Assembly: GCA_030704615.1 (NCBI GenBank) | Contig: CM060732.1 | Coordinates: 67,456,001 to 67,520,000, forward strand | Origin: Takakia lepidozioides | Taxonomy: Eukaryota > Plantae > Bryophyta | Direction of reading: 5' to 3' | Length of the DNA: 64,000 nucleotides | In this document: piece by piece, positions 25,871 to 38,119 of the stretch | Layout: each line of letters starts with the position of its first letter | Numbering within the stretch: position 1 is the first letter of the stretch | Translations under genes and position numbers: made by a program | The notes under the pieces: model-generated | Told to the model about the DNA's origin: nothing | The model's database searches: none | The model's input: only the letters and a program-made list of their open reading frames with translations

Positions 25871-28327
25871 TATACACGACGAGAACGCCATCTTCGGCTG
25901 CCTTGCTCAGAACAAGTACACTAACAAAGACCTCCTCGCCTTCGATTGCAGGAACATAGACAAGTTTGCTGACCCTTTCTTGCTACTTCCCTTTCCTCCT
26001 TTCCCTTTCTCTGTTCCACTCATGGGAACATGTTCTCGAGAAGTTTTCATTGTAGACTGTTTCGAGAACTGTTTCTTTGTCTCTCTTTTCAAAAACATGG
26101 GCTCATGTTGTGAAGAATAAACTGAGACCCGTCAGTGTTGTCTTTACAGGGATCATGAGGAATACTGGATGGCAAAGGAAAATTTCCAGAACAAGAAGAC
26201 TCAGTAGCTTGAGTCTTAAGCCGAGGTCAAATTCGATACTGCCATTCATAGGCCCCTGTCAGCGTTCTCTCTCTTTGGTTTTGGCTGGTCAAACGTATGC
26301 CATTGTCTCTCTACTCTTACCGTTACCAGTGTCATTTGCTCTTTCTGGATATAGGTTGCTTCGTTGCTTCAATGGGGATTAGGTGTTGGTAGTTGAGTTC
26401 CTCGAGTGCAAATTGCAGCTCCCTGATCTTTCTGTACTTTCACAATCCCTGATCTTCATCTATTCAGTGGCGTTTGTGTGTGTCACTTGTTCACTGCCTG
26501 TCGTTTCTTCTGTTCGTTTATTCAACCCCAATGTCGATGTCCTGCACGTCTGTTTTCACATCTCCTTGCTATGACCGCCTCTGTATGCCCATCGTTCCTG
26601 CGAACGTTTGATATGACATACCTGGTTGGGGGGGTTGAGCCAGTGATACCACAGCCAGCAAGCAGGTTCGAAGGGAAAGGAGTATTATTAATACTAGAGA
26701 GCATCGATCGTGCAGAGTATGACGATCATTAGGCCACTGCTGCTATAGCCTTCCAGTATCAGCACGGGACATAGATAGAGAATGTACTCATAAGACGTTG
26801 TTTGTTGTAGCCTTGTGGCCATTGACCCGCGCCCGGTGTGAGCGGAACACAAAGGGACAGAACCTACCTTTGTCAGAGGCTGATGCCGTTAGTAAGACTT
26901 ACCTTTGAATAAACAATTATTGATCCGGGTTTCCCAGCTATCAGCCTTCATTGTGTTTCTCTTGTTGCTGTTGCTGATGACTGTCAGATTCTACGCAGCC
27001 TTCCCGTTGGAGTGAGTGTTGACCTTTCACCTTTTCCACCTGGGCATTCTGAAACAAAATCAGTGGGTTTCACACGTGCCAACTTCCAGTCTGCACTATG
27101 ATTCACTGAGAACCTACAGTTCATCTCTGATTTCAACAGCCTGCATAACACCTACACAAGGACTATTTCCCCAAACGAGCTAGAGCAGCCACACAACAGC
27201 ATTATTCAGTCCCTCTTAGTACCTACCTGTCTGTCTGGTAAATCCAACCCCCCACCGACACACATAAAACCCTGCCAATGCACCTTTTATCCTGTGGTCT
27301 CTATACGCGTTGTCCACCTAGTAAGGTGCCAAACCAGCTTCACTAGCTGGAAGTAACAAGGGTTGTGACTAATCATCTCTCTCACAGGTGGCAACCATGA
27401 TGACTAAGAGGGAGAGACAAACCATTGCCTGTGTAGTTAATGAAGTAATCTGCAAATTCGTTGACTGGTTGCTGTAGCTACAACTCAGATCATCATCACC
27501 TCAGAAATTCTTGACTTCTCTCACACTTTAGAGTATGATCATAGAATTCCCTCATTAAAAGTGCTGCCTGACAATCTTTGTGCCAAAATGAGTGCATCTT
27601 CCTTGTGTCCCAAACCCCATGCTTGCGAACTGGTGGGCGTCAAATCCAATCCTCACCACCAATTTCCAGAACATAAATGTTTCATCCACATGGAAATTAC
27701 GTCTGGGGATTTCATATCCCGTGACCTAAGAATTTTTTATTTTGGAGATACTGTACTGACACATATCTACACATCACTATAGCTCAGACAAAATGATTCT
27801 CCACTCAAGACTTCAGTAGCAATGATTATCCGGGTGACATCTGGACATACATGGGTTCCCGAAGTAAGTGCCATCCAAGTGCCAAGCACGCTAGAATTCT
27901 CCTCCATAACCCCAATAGATCCCATGTCACTTCCATGCACAATTGATGTAATTAAGACCAACCGACTATATGCACCCAACGAATCCTCATATTCGCCAAG
28001 TTTAGAAGGCACAGTGTGAATTATTCCTCTCCAGATGAACACGTCATGAGTCTCAGGCTTGTTCACCTCTTTCCTTCTCAGATTCAACATCACCCGGGAA
28101 TTCTGAATGACAGACTCAGAGTCATGTGCAGGAGCAACACATACAACCCCTAAATTCCACCGAACTTGACCCTCACTGCAATGGAAAGACCTTCCTGGAT
28201 AGGGCTATGCACACGCACACCCGCTGATTGCCCCAACCATATTGGTTGCCACACTTGGGGCTGATGGGATTACTAAATCAGGTGGAATGGCGGGGTGTAA
28301 AGAGGGAAGTGGAGTGGTGGGAAGCAC

Positions 28328-28780
28328 CTGCAAAGAAAGCTTTGGAAGGAGATGAATGACCTCACGCGATGCATGCGGGCAAATAAATGTCCAACGAGCA
28401 TTTCTTATCAGGTCGGTAATCCAGCCATAGCGATGCCGCTCGGACAGCTGCTGGTAAGCAACAAAAGTGTTCACCCTCAAGTTGGCTACAATGCACTGCA
28501 CACACTTGTCACAGAACTCCATCCAACAAAAACACCCTGCGACCAGTGCTGCCATCACATTATCTCCAGTGAAAACTGGGCTCATACCGTACATGTAGGA
28601 GAAGGCAATCTCTAGCCCCTCCGCGCTCACAGAAGGGTCATCAATCTGCAGTTCGATTTGCAGCTTTCTGTACTCTGTCCAGGGGCCTGAGAGAAGTAAA
28701 TGGAAGTATGAAGACTGCTAGAGTATAATCTGATAGAGCGGATAGTCCTAGAATTTAAAATTTAAGGTTATGTCCAAGAA
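28328..28780 (-). pseudogene. BTB/POZ(-BACK) domain pseudogene exon, germ-cell-less/BTBD16-like
   Basis: Reads FLDITLNFKF*DYPLYQIIL*QSSYFHLLLSGPWTEYRKLQIELQIDDPSVSAEGLEIAFSYMYG...VMAALVAGCF...FCDKCVQCIVANLRVNTFVAYQQLSERHRYG. In-frame TAG stops at 28750-28748 and 28720-28718. A possible further decayed exon lies at ~28100-27770. Confidence 0.75.
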
Positions 28781-30114
28781 CATATGCCCCTGCAACCCCT
28801 GCTGCTGCACATGCTCGCAAAGTGCAACCCCCCCCTCCACCACTGCCCTTTTCCCCTCACTCCTCCTACTGTCCCACCCCGTTTCATCTCCCTCCTCTCT
28901 CCCCCAACCTGCTTCAAATCGCAGTGCAACCCAGAATCTCTCATCTCTCCCTCACCTGCAGCCCAGGTGTCACTCCCGTCGTCCCAGGGAAGAAGACACC
29001 TGCTGCACCTATCTCCTCCACAATGTGCAGCATCTGCTGGTCGCCAATAAATTTTCTTCTTGCATGGGCTCTGGCCTCTGCTTGCAAGCCAGGCCTCCTT
29101 CCTTAATACACCGTAGTGTTATGCGCTTCTTACTCCAGTTCTTGGATGGTTTATGGACAGGCGGCCTGCAATCGAAAGCTTCGTGGATGGTTGCTGGACT
29201 TGCACAACACATCTACCATATCGGAACCACAACTTCACTTCACCAACATTCAGCACAAGAGGAGCAGAGCAGGGCATACAAGAGCTTGGTCGTTGATTGT
29301 GACACCTACAAAATGTACTCACGAGCCACAGACTCACATCAACTTCATTGCCTTGTAGTACAAGAAGACCCGCGAAGGACAGCAGCATGCATCAACCCCT
29401 ACCTTACAGTAGCACTCTCTCTCTGCCTACTACGAATGAGCACCCCCAAATGACTCGCACTCACTCAAGCATCAATTCTGGACCAGCAAAGTACATGACA
29501 GGGGGTGCAGGCTATTTGCAACTAAGTTGTGGCGTCTCTCCATCTCGCATTGCTTCTCCCCTCCCCTCCCCTCCCCCTGCTGGTACTACATAAATGGACC
29601 CATGGCACGTGTGGCTGGGCACAAGGACAGTGAGCAGCAAGGGACACCGATTCACGGCACTGCCAGGCACTTACAACCCAGACCCCAAGGATTGCTAGGG
29701 ATCTAGGACGCGCCTCCTCGAGGATTTGCACAACACCCACCAAATGGATGCCTTACTGTGCATTCCATGAAGACTGCTCTCAACTCATAAGCTTGAGCAC
29801 CTTAGTACTAAGCTGAATGACAGTCATCTCCAATGCCAACCCAATCTTGTGACAGCAATCTCAACTTGTCACGCTCCTGCCACAGTTCATTAATGGAGCT
29901 AATAAAAATACCATGATTTGTCATACTTGTGGCTCATGATTGGGACCTTTAGATGTGTGATCAAGCTACGAACAGTGGCACACAAATTTCATGACGAGGG
30001 ACCACCTTGAAAAATGACCAAGTCTGACAATTCTGATCTAAATAACACATTCATTGATTGGATATAGTTGAACGAAATGCAGCAATGCTGACAAGTCCAT
30101 GAAGAGATGGATTG

Positions 30115-31780
30115 TACCCCTTCCAGAGCAAATAGAGAAGCTTGGATGAGATTACTTTTGGCAATAGTTTCTGCGTGAGCCCTTTGCAGCATAGCTAGTT
30201 TACTTTCTGTGTCATGCACTTCAGACACCACCATTTGATGCTCCAACTTCAACTGCCACCACCACAATGTTAGTCCCTTTCCGATCATAGAGAAGGAAGA
30301 CTCTGGCCAAAACCAGTGTAACTAAGAGCCACTTCACTCCATGGCCACCCCATTCCAATTACATCAAAAATAGGAGACAGGAATATCCAAATTTACATGG
30401 ACCTTTGCCACTTCTAACAACTTGGCTGCACCCCATGACAAAACTCTTTGGAACTAAAATCATGGGACTTGGTCAAAGTTTATGTATAGTTGACTTGTTG
30501 GCAACTGTAAACTGCTATACCATGACATGCTCAAACAGACCTGACTTCGGGTTAACCCATACCTCCTCTTTGAAAGCTCATAGCCCTAACAATCCTCATT
30601 TTGCAGGCAAGTATTACCATTTGAAGCCTCTCTTGAGCATCTTTTTGCTTCAATTGCGACTTCTCCAGTATGCGGTTAGTTGCTGCCAGCTCCCCTTCCA
30701 GTCTCTGCATCAACCAATCATAGGCATCCAAATATTTCAAACTAAAAGGAGCCATGATGTACTCTTTGTTTGTTAGCAGTGAACATTTGATGTGATGTAT
30801 GCTTCAAGCATGGCCCTGTAGATGCTCTTCGCCATTTACATGGTTGTCCCCCACCCTGATACGAAAGGAGACACTGCTCAGTTATGCCAATCATGGGTGA
30901 TTGAGTGTTGATTCCAAAGGCTGGCATTGACATTAGTTTAGTGGAACTTATTTCAGCACTGTAATGTAGCCATTTGCGCATGACACACGTAACAAACAAT
31001 TGTTGTTGGACTGCCAATCACACTGTCATGGAAAAGGGAGGAGGAAAGGGAAAAGTGAGTAGCTCTCCCAGAAGCTGAAATGCCGACCTCACTGTTGGTT
31101 CAAGGCCAGGATGTGTTGACAAAACACAAACCATTGACAGCAGCAACGGAAATTCTTATGGTTGTTCCTCGTGAATTTGCCAATGTCATATAACATTGAG
31201 GTATAGTGCCTTCCCATTGCTAAACCTTTCAGATCTGGTCATGGGGTTTCCATCTAACAGGTATAGATCCTAAATCTCATTGCTTGAAAAAAACCACGAC
31301 ACAGGGAGTGAGTGCGGATGTAGGGGCTGGCATTAACTAGAATTATTACATCGATTCCAGCGCTACTTATGTAACCCAGTCTGTATGACACATTGCAAGT
31401 CACATGTTGAGGAGGCCACTGAAGACAGAGAGAGAGTAGGTTAGATGATGGCTAGTACATTCTTATGAAGGTGTAATTGGATCTTACTTGCTTGGTTTTG
31501 CTAGTTTCCTGCCTTCCGTCATGCAATATCTGGCACCGTATCTGAGCTTGAGAGTGCCTCTCTGAGAACCCAACCCTCTCCACGTCTGCTTGCTGCAACG
31601 TCTTTTGTAAGGACAGGATATTGGTGATCATTCTCTGCAAGGAAATATTCAAAGTCTGGGACAAGATCTTTTTGACGGCAATACGGACCAGGGGGTGGAC
31701 CAACAGGGCCCCCTTCAATGCGCGCCTTCTTTCGATGAACGGCTGTATGCACAGCCACACACTGTGACACAAGATATCAG
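30115..31780 (-). pseudogene. Fragments of an unidentified coiled-coil protein gene
   Basis: Exon-like heptad-rich pieces: LKLEHQMVVSEVHDTESKLAMLQRAHAE (~30250-30120), LMQRLEGELAATNRILEKSQLKQKDAQERLQ (~30750-30610) and HRKKARIEGGP... (~31760-31490). Family not recognised. Confidence 0.35.
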
Positions 31781-33883
31781 TCCCCTCTTTCTCTCGCCTC
31801 CGGGCCCAGGGTCTATGGCCACAAGGCTCCGGCAAGCAACGTCTTATGGGTACATTCTTCTGTCCCTCCTGGAAGATAGAGCGGTGCGTGTGAGAGAGCT
31901 GACTTTAAATATATGGCTAATTTGAAAGAATACCCAAAGGTCATGTTATCTGTTCTGCCAACAGAGGCTCGAGACAGGAACTAAAAGGAAGTTGACATTG
32001 CAACATCTGGGAAAGAAATTTAAAAACAGACTTAGCAAGATCATGGAGTTGTTCGCTAATCACCAACCTACCAGAAACGACCATAGCAGACCTAATTTAG
32101 AAATACAAAACTTCTCACGACATGTAGGTAAGACAATGGTTCACTGTGCAAAGGTAATGGTGTCAGAAAAGACCTTGGCACAGAATGTATGGCCGCAGGG
32201 AGAAAGGAGCATGGGTGAGTAGTCGGGGGATTTCATGAGCTCAAAACATATAGGGCATGTGTTGCTCTCTATCTCGGCTGCTAGAGAGCTGCAGTTGGCT
32301 ACCACATCATCAGCAAATTAGTGACCCTTGGTTGTTCAGGATGAAAAGGAGCTGGAAGAAGGGCTCGAAGATTACAATACCCAGTACTGGCAGTACTGTA
32401 CCTCTGAGATCAGCAATTAGAAGCTTTTTTTTGGTTTGGGATGAGACGAGAGCAATCTGAGCTAGAAGATCGCTTACGAATCTACATTACTCTGTCTTGA
32501 ACGAGGCCGGAGGGTTGTTTCAAAGTTTGATTTGAAAGTTTTTGAGATATATTCTCTATCACTGTCCAACAAATTGCATCGGATACTGATTATGGAAGGG
32601 TATTGGAACCAGCGATGATAGGCGCTAAAACTAGTATAGTTCCTACCCTGGGGAGAGGCTACAAGAAATCAGGTTACCTACACGTTCCCCTTCCGCACAG
32701 ATGGACCACAGGAGTGCTTGAGGAGGCTTGCTGGATTTTTGCTGGTCCTGTGCAGCATGTCTAGTAGTTCAACATGCTTCCAACCCCCAGCCCCCTTGCT
32801 GAGCAACTTGCATCTCCACTTCCAGTTCTCTGTCTCCTCATGGGCTTGACCAACCTGCCCCAATTACAATGTGGACCAGATGCCAGGGCACATAGGCCGG
32901 ATGCAGCCATGTATCTCCAACATCAATCTCTGTTATATACATTTCTCCCCTTGCTGTGCACCCCAATGGACAAATCACTCCACTACCAGGCAGCATACAT
33001 GGACCAGAGCAGTGCTTGCGAAAGCCTGCTGGCTTTTTGTTGGGGCCGTACAATGTACATGCAATCCATATTCCGTTGTGCAGCAAGTACCGGGACACAA
33101 AAGGAGCCAACGGCTTGATGTGATGGCAGGAGCTTGCTGGTCTCACACATATGTGCAAAGTACCTACTATGGGAATTACACCCCTCCCCCCCCCCCTACT
33201 GGGGTCAGTTCCCTCAGCTCCTGTTTCAGTGCCCTCACTTGTTCATACACTCCCCCCCACCTCTCCACTCTATTTACCTATTTCACATCTACTAGTCTGG
33301 CATTTGTCTACTTTCCACTCTGCAACTGTGGGATCAAGTGCGTTACTAAAACCGTCATTCAAAAATTATGCTTTACACATTCCAGACCACTCCACTCTTC
33401 ACCAAAAGTCCCCCATTTCAGGGGACAAAGTGGACTACTCAAATATATTCAAACATGATTTCGCAATACATACTCAAATAATTTGCGTTGCATCAAACCA
33501 TGTCAAAAATATTTAGTTTCAAGAATTCAGACATGAATCTACACTATATTCTCAGACTATCTTGGCTGAAACAAAGCAGTTCTGTACAAAATTTCTGACA
33601 TAACCACAAAATGAAACAGGTCCTGCGCCCTTCAAGTACTCCATCTGTGCCTGCAAATACATATAAAATACCAAAACACATAACTTAGAAACAACAATAA
33701 GTGTTAGAAATATTCTTCAACATCTCCTCTTGCTCTTGTTCTCCTTTCGTTCTCTCATTCAGTTTGCACATCCACTGGAAATTTCGACCATAAGTCCGCA
33801 CCACGACCATCATCTTCTGCAAAATAATCACAATCACATATCAAGATTGTGCAAATATGTATAGAAGCAAATAAAATGTTGAC

Positions 33884-34605
33884 TCACTCAGTGGGAGACG
33901 CAGTTGGCTCTCCCTTCTCGGAGTAGAACTGGTATCTGATCTTTGCGCGGTCAAAAATCGCGCAGACCACGAAGGCTTGGTGAAAGGTGAAAGGTGACCC
34001 CAGGAGTACATCTACCACTATGGACTCATCATACTGGTAGTGGATGTCGTACGAGAGTAGCTTGTACACATCACGAAGCTCTCTGAATATTTGATGCCGC
34101 TGGTGCTCAGGAACCCGTCTTATTATTAACGCAATTCTAAGGGTCCTCATGAACTCCTGATCGCCCACAGTGAGCTCACGGATATTGGTTGTAGCGGATC
34201 CGTGGTCTGATATTTGCCCACTTGCCACCGATTTCTCCGCCCAATGCTCTGGGCATTTGGAAACACAATTCGTAAATATTAATACAAGTGGAGTTCAAAA
34301 TTAGACATAGCAAAAACTTCAATAAATTTCAATTGTTGCAGCGCACTCACCCAAGGCGTAGAATAAACCGGCAACATCCTATCCACCCAAGCCACCGTCC
34401 TTTTCAATTCAATCTTCAGCTCTGAGACCTCAGCAGCCCTCAAATCCGCCTTAATCTTCAGCTCTGAGACCTCAACAGCGAGTTCCTGAACCTTCTTGTA
34501 CACTCGAATGGTACATCCTTGGAGCTGAACAACCTAGATGGCACCAATCTTCGCAAACCCAAAGCATGAAAGCGCACTGAAATCTCCCGCATGGCCGCCA
34601 TCATC
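33884..34605 (-). pseudogene. Orphan gene or pseudogene: presequence-like N-terminus, short coiled coil, unknown C-terminal domain
   Basis: MMAAMREISVRFHALGLRRLVPSRLFSSK, then a frameshift into YKKVQELAVEVSELKIKADLRAAEVSELKIELKR...STPW with a GTGAGT donor. Second block ...FRELRDVYKLLSYDIHYQYDESIVV...AIFDRAKIRYQFYSEKGEP (34228-33884). Confidence 0.45.
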
Positions 34606-34900
34606 CTGCAGTTGCTTACACATGTCAATATGGAAAGTAGAAGTGGTGATTGAACATAGACCCCTACTCTCAATCAAATTGCCAGCTGAACTGTGCTAAG
34701 TTCCTTGTCAAAGGTGAGGTGGTCTTATTGGGTGACTTCAATGCCCCACCATTGGGCCTTTCGGTGAGGATGAACTGAATTTCTAATGGAAGACGGTCAA
34801 ATAAACAGAAAAACACAGCCACAGTAGAGATTGTGGGCAGGACACAATGCGAGTCAGAAAATGAGCGGGAAGATATCTTTTACAAAACAGAGAGACGTAC

Positions 34901-35060
34901 GTTGCGGAAAGAAAGTGGATGAAGATCTTGGCACTTTCAGAGAAGGCAAGAAGAGCGTCCTTAATCACAGGAATATCCTTCTCTCCTCCCAGTGCGCATG
35001 GGCGAGCTCCGCAAGCTTCCCTTTCACAATTCTCTTCACATTGGCCTGCGGTAGGTCTCA
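34901..35060 (-). pseudogene. DPB4: Histone-fold DNA polymerase epsilon subunit (DPB4/POLE3/NF-YB11), first-exon fragment, frameshifted
   Basis: DLPQANVKRIVKGKLAELAHA-(frameshift)-LGGEKDIPVIKDALLAFSESAKIFIHFLSAT followed by a GTACGT donor. This matches the plant DPB4 pattern ELP.AIVRRVVK.KL...ALLAFSESARIFIHYLSAT. The remaining DPB4 exons are not found downstream. Confidence 0.8.
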
Positions 35061-38000
35061 CTCTCTGGCCCTGCTGCCGTCCCTCCTCCCCTCTTCTCTC
35101 CCTCTACCCTTGGCAGACTTGTCTTCTCCCAACATCTCTTGTACGGGGAAGCTCCCCATCATGTCCTGAGGGGGTTTGACATAGACCTAATTGACAGACA
35201 AAATGGTTTAGGATGGGAACATGTTCTCTGTTCCCAATCAAAATGAGACGTTCAGACCCGGATCCGCTCCGGCCCACTTCGTCTCCTTCTTCGCTTCCTT
35301 GTTGAACCGTCTGCCTCCGAGCGTGTGGTAATTCTCCACAGAAACTGCTCGCATAGATGCCAATCTGATGGATCCGGGTGCACTGAAAACTCGAAAAGAC
35401 AACAAATGGGGAGGAGTTTCTTGCAGACGGAATCGGAAGCTTTCACTCGTGATTGGGTGGGAAAGACTGCTCAATCACTTCCCCCCTCCCCCCCCCCGGG
35501 TTTTTTTTCTTTGTTGCCCCCTCCCTCTCTTCAATCTTGTTATTGTAATTTCCAGTTTTTTCTTTATTTTAAAGAAAATAACATGTAGGAACTTCCCATA
35601 TTTTCCTTGTATCCAAATCCAAGTGGATTTAAACAGTGAACAGGGATTCATGATTACAAAAATGTTTTGAAAAAAATAAAGTTTAATTAGGATAACAAGG
35701 GGTACTCTTTATCCAATTATTTTTCTCATTGCCCCTAATTTTGGTCTCTTGGAAGTTTGATCCTTGGACCAGTTAAATTTTATTTAATCTAAAGCCAGAT
35801 AAATATCTGATATGATCCTCTACAATTGTTCACTATATTTTGTGTTCCTTGAGGTGTAATCCCTGGGCCATCTGAATACCACTTAAACCATTGGGTTTCG
35901 ACCCCTGGACCACTGAAACTGGTAGGTGAAGCCCTCTGTGGCATCATGCTAGCACTAGTAGTGTGAAACAATGATGATTTATGCAAGTCGCCCTTGTTTA
36001 ATCTGTAACATATCATGTTATGATTATAGGGCAACATACTGACTTATTTTTTGCCCCAAGTAAGCTTGTAACACATCATATTATGATGATGTACGTGGCA
36101 GCGTAAGGGGGAGGCATACTCTTTCGTATGATCAAACGAGCTTTTGACGAACTCTGCATCCTAAGGGTAACTTCCTGCTGTGCGCATTGGTATGGTAAAT
36201 GGTCCTAATAATGCGCAGTTCGCAACAATGTTCCCAATATTGCGCACCTGATTGCGCAGTTTGGATGAATGTTATACGTTATCATCCAGAACATTCCATC
36301 CACTTTCTACCTGTCACTTCCATGCATTCATCCACGCGCTTCATGCTTCTTGCTTCCCGCCTCTGCTCCCCACAACTAATTGTCACGAGATCGGGCATTG
36401 CCATGGCGTGAACTTCATCGATCTGGCAGAGCAATTACATACAAGGTCTCCATCATATCTTCATAAAAATGTTGCCATCACATTTTCCACAAAATATCCA
36501 TGAAACAAGTCAATGCGGTTATGGAATCTGTCTCATACTCAAAATCGTGAACCTTATACACTACAACAGATGAGCGTTTTTATGACTTCACATATGACTA
36601 TTTTTTCAGTCTTATATGCGTTCATGACTACATCACTCTGTAGTGAAAAAAGCCCTATCATAGCAACTAGTCTTTAGGACTGCATTTTGCAAGTCATATC
36701 CGTGACTGCTTGCGTGGCACCTGGAGTCCTGCTGCAGAGAGGGTTGCAGTCACAACTATATGACTACATTGTCTGTTGAGCGCTGCCTACATGGAGAGGC
36801 TTCAGCGGGACACGTGCGCCACTGCGCAAGCGACACGTCATGCATTCGTCAGGGGATCATATGACTATATGTCTGCAAAGTGATGCCTACATAGAGAGGC
36901 GACGGATGGACACGTGCGTCACTGCGAATTTGACATGTCATGACTTCTTGCCATGATCATATGACTACATGTCTGCACAGTGATGCCTACATGAAGAGGC
37001 GCTAGCGAGACACGTGTGTTATGGCAGATTTCACACGTGGTGATTACATGATTCGCTCATATGACTACAGGGATGTCTACATGGAGAGTTGTTAGCGGGA
37101 CACCTGTTGCACTTGAGATGTGACATGTGGCACACATACAAAATATATGACTAGCATATATGACTACGGATCTTTACACGTGGTGAAAATATGGATAAAG
37201 AATGTCGTGTCATATACTGCCACGTGTTCTGGTTTGAGCAAGAGTGATGTCACGTGTCATCAAGATTGTTTTCCGAAATAGTTTATATTTTTAATGTTCA
37301 TATTTTATTTTTTAGTTTTCATTTAATATTTAAAAGATAGGGAGATTGCAGCCTTGGATTTTTTTTTAATGGTATTATTTTTAATATTATTATTTAAAAT
37401 GAAAGTGAATTAAATGATTTAAAATCTTCATTACATGGTGAAATTCCAACATGAAAACAGAATGGATCCCAGATGCGAGCGATTCATAGTGGTAGAAGGG
37501 GTGAAGATGCACAGGGCCAGGTTTGCAGGATATTGCTATGCATGCCACTCTATCTACAACTCTACAAAGGGGCAAAGAATTGACAGGATCAAAGCCTGAT
37601 TTGTACCAATATCAGTCTGGATCTTGCCCTGGCGTACATGTATGCCAAATGTGGCAATATGTTGTTGTAGTTGAAGCTAGACAAACGACAAGGATGTGGG
37701 TATGGGATTTTTTGGAGGCTGGGATATTACTGCAGGTTGCCAGCGATGAAATCAGTGCTAATAGTTGCACACTGGAAAATATTAGAAATGTAGAATGGTG
37801 AAGTGTCAGACTGGGTCACTTCCCAACTTCTGGCAGCCAATGTTTTACAATCTGGATCTGAGTAAATGGCCCTACCAGTGGCCAATCCACTAGTGCTTGA
37901 TCACAACAGCTTATAGCATGGAGGAATTGTGAGCATATTTGAATATCAATGTTCATTGACAGTTGGTACCCAAAAAAATGTGACTATATGGGGACAGAAG

Positions 38001-38119
38001 AATACATTTATTTGGAATGGCAGGTAATACATGCACAGGGGTAGCATATCTAATTGCTACCGACTGAATCCGTGTCTATGAATATGGAGGTATTTGTGTC
38101 ATCATCACTGACCATAGCC

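Noticed and set aside
28718-28750. TAG stops repaired by U-to-C RNA editing
   Set aside because: Such editing is organellar; this is nuclear TE-rich DNA where C>T decay explains the stops.
32680-33180. Possible retrotransposon gag remnant
   Set aside because: Only faint, frameshifted similarity; no intact motif could be supported.
36150-36540. IDEVH helicase-like motif on the minus strand
   Set aside because: An isolated 5-residue match with stops around it and no other helicase motifs.
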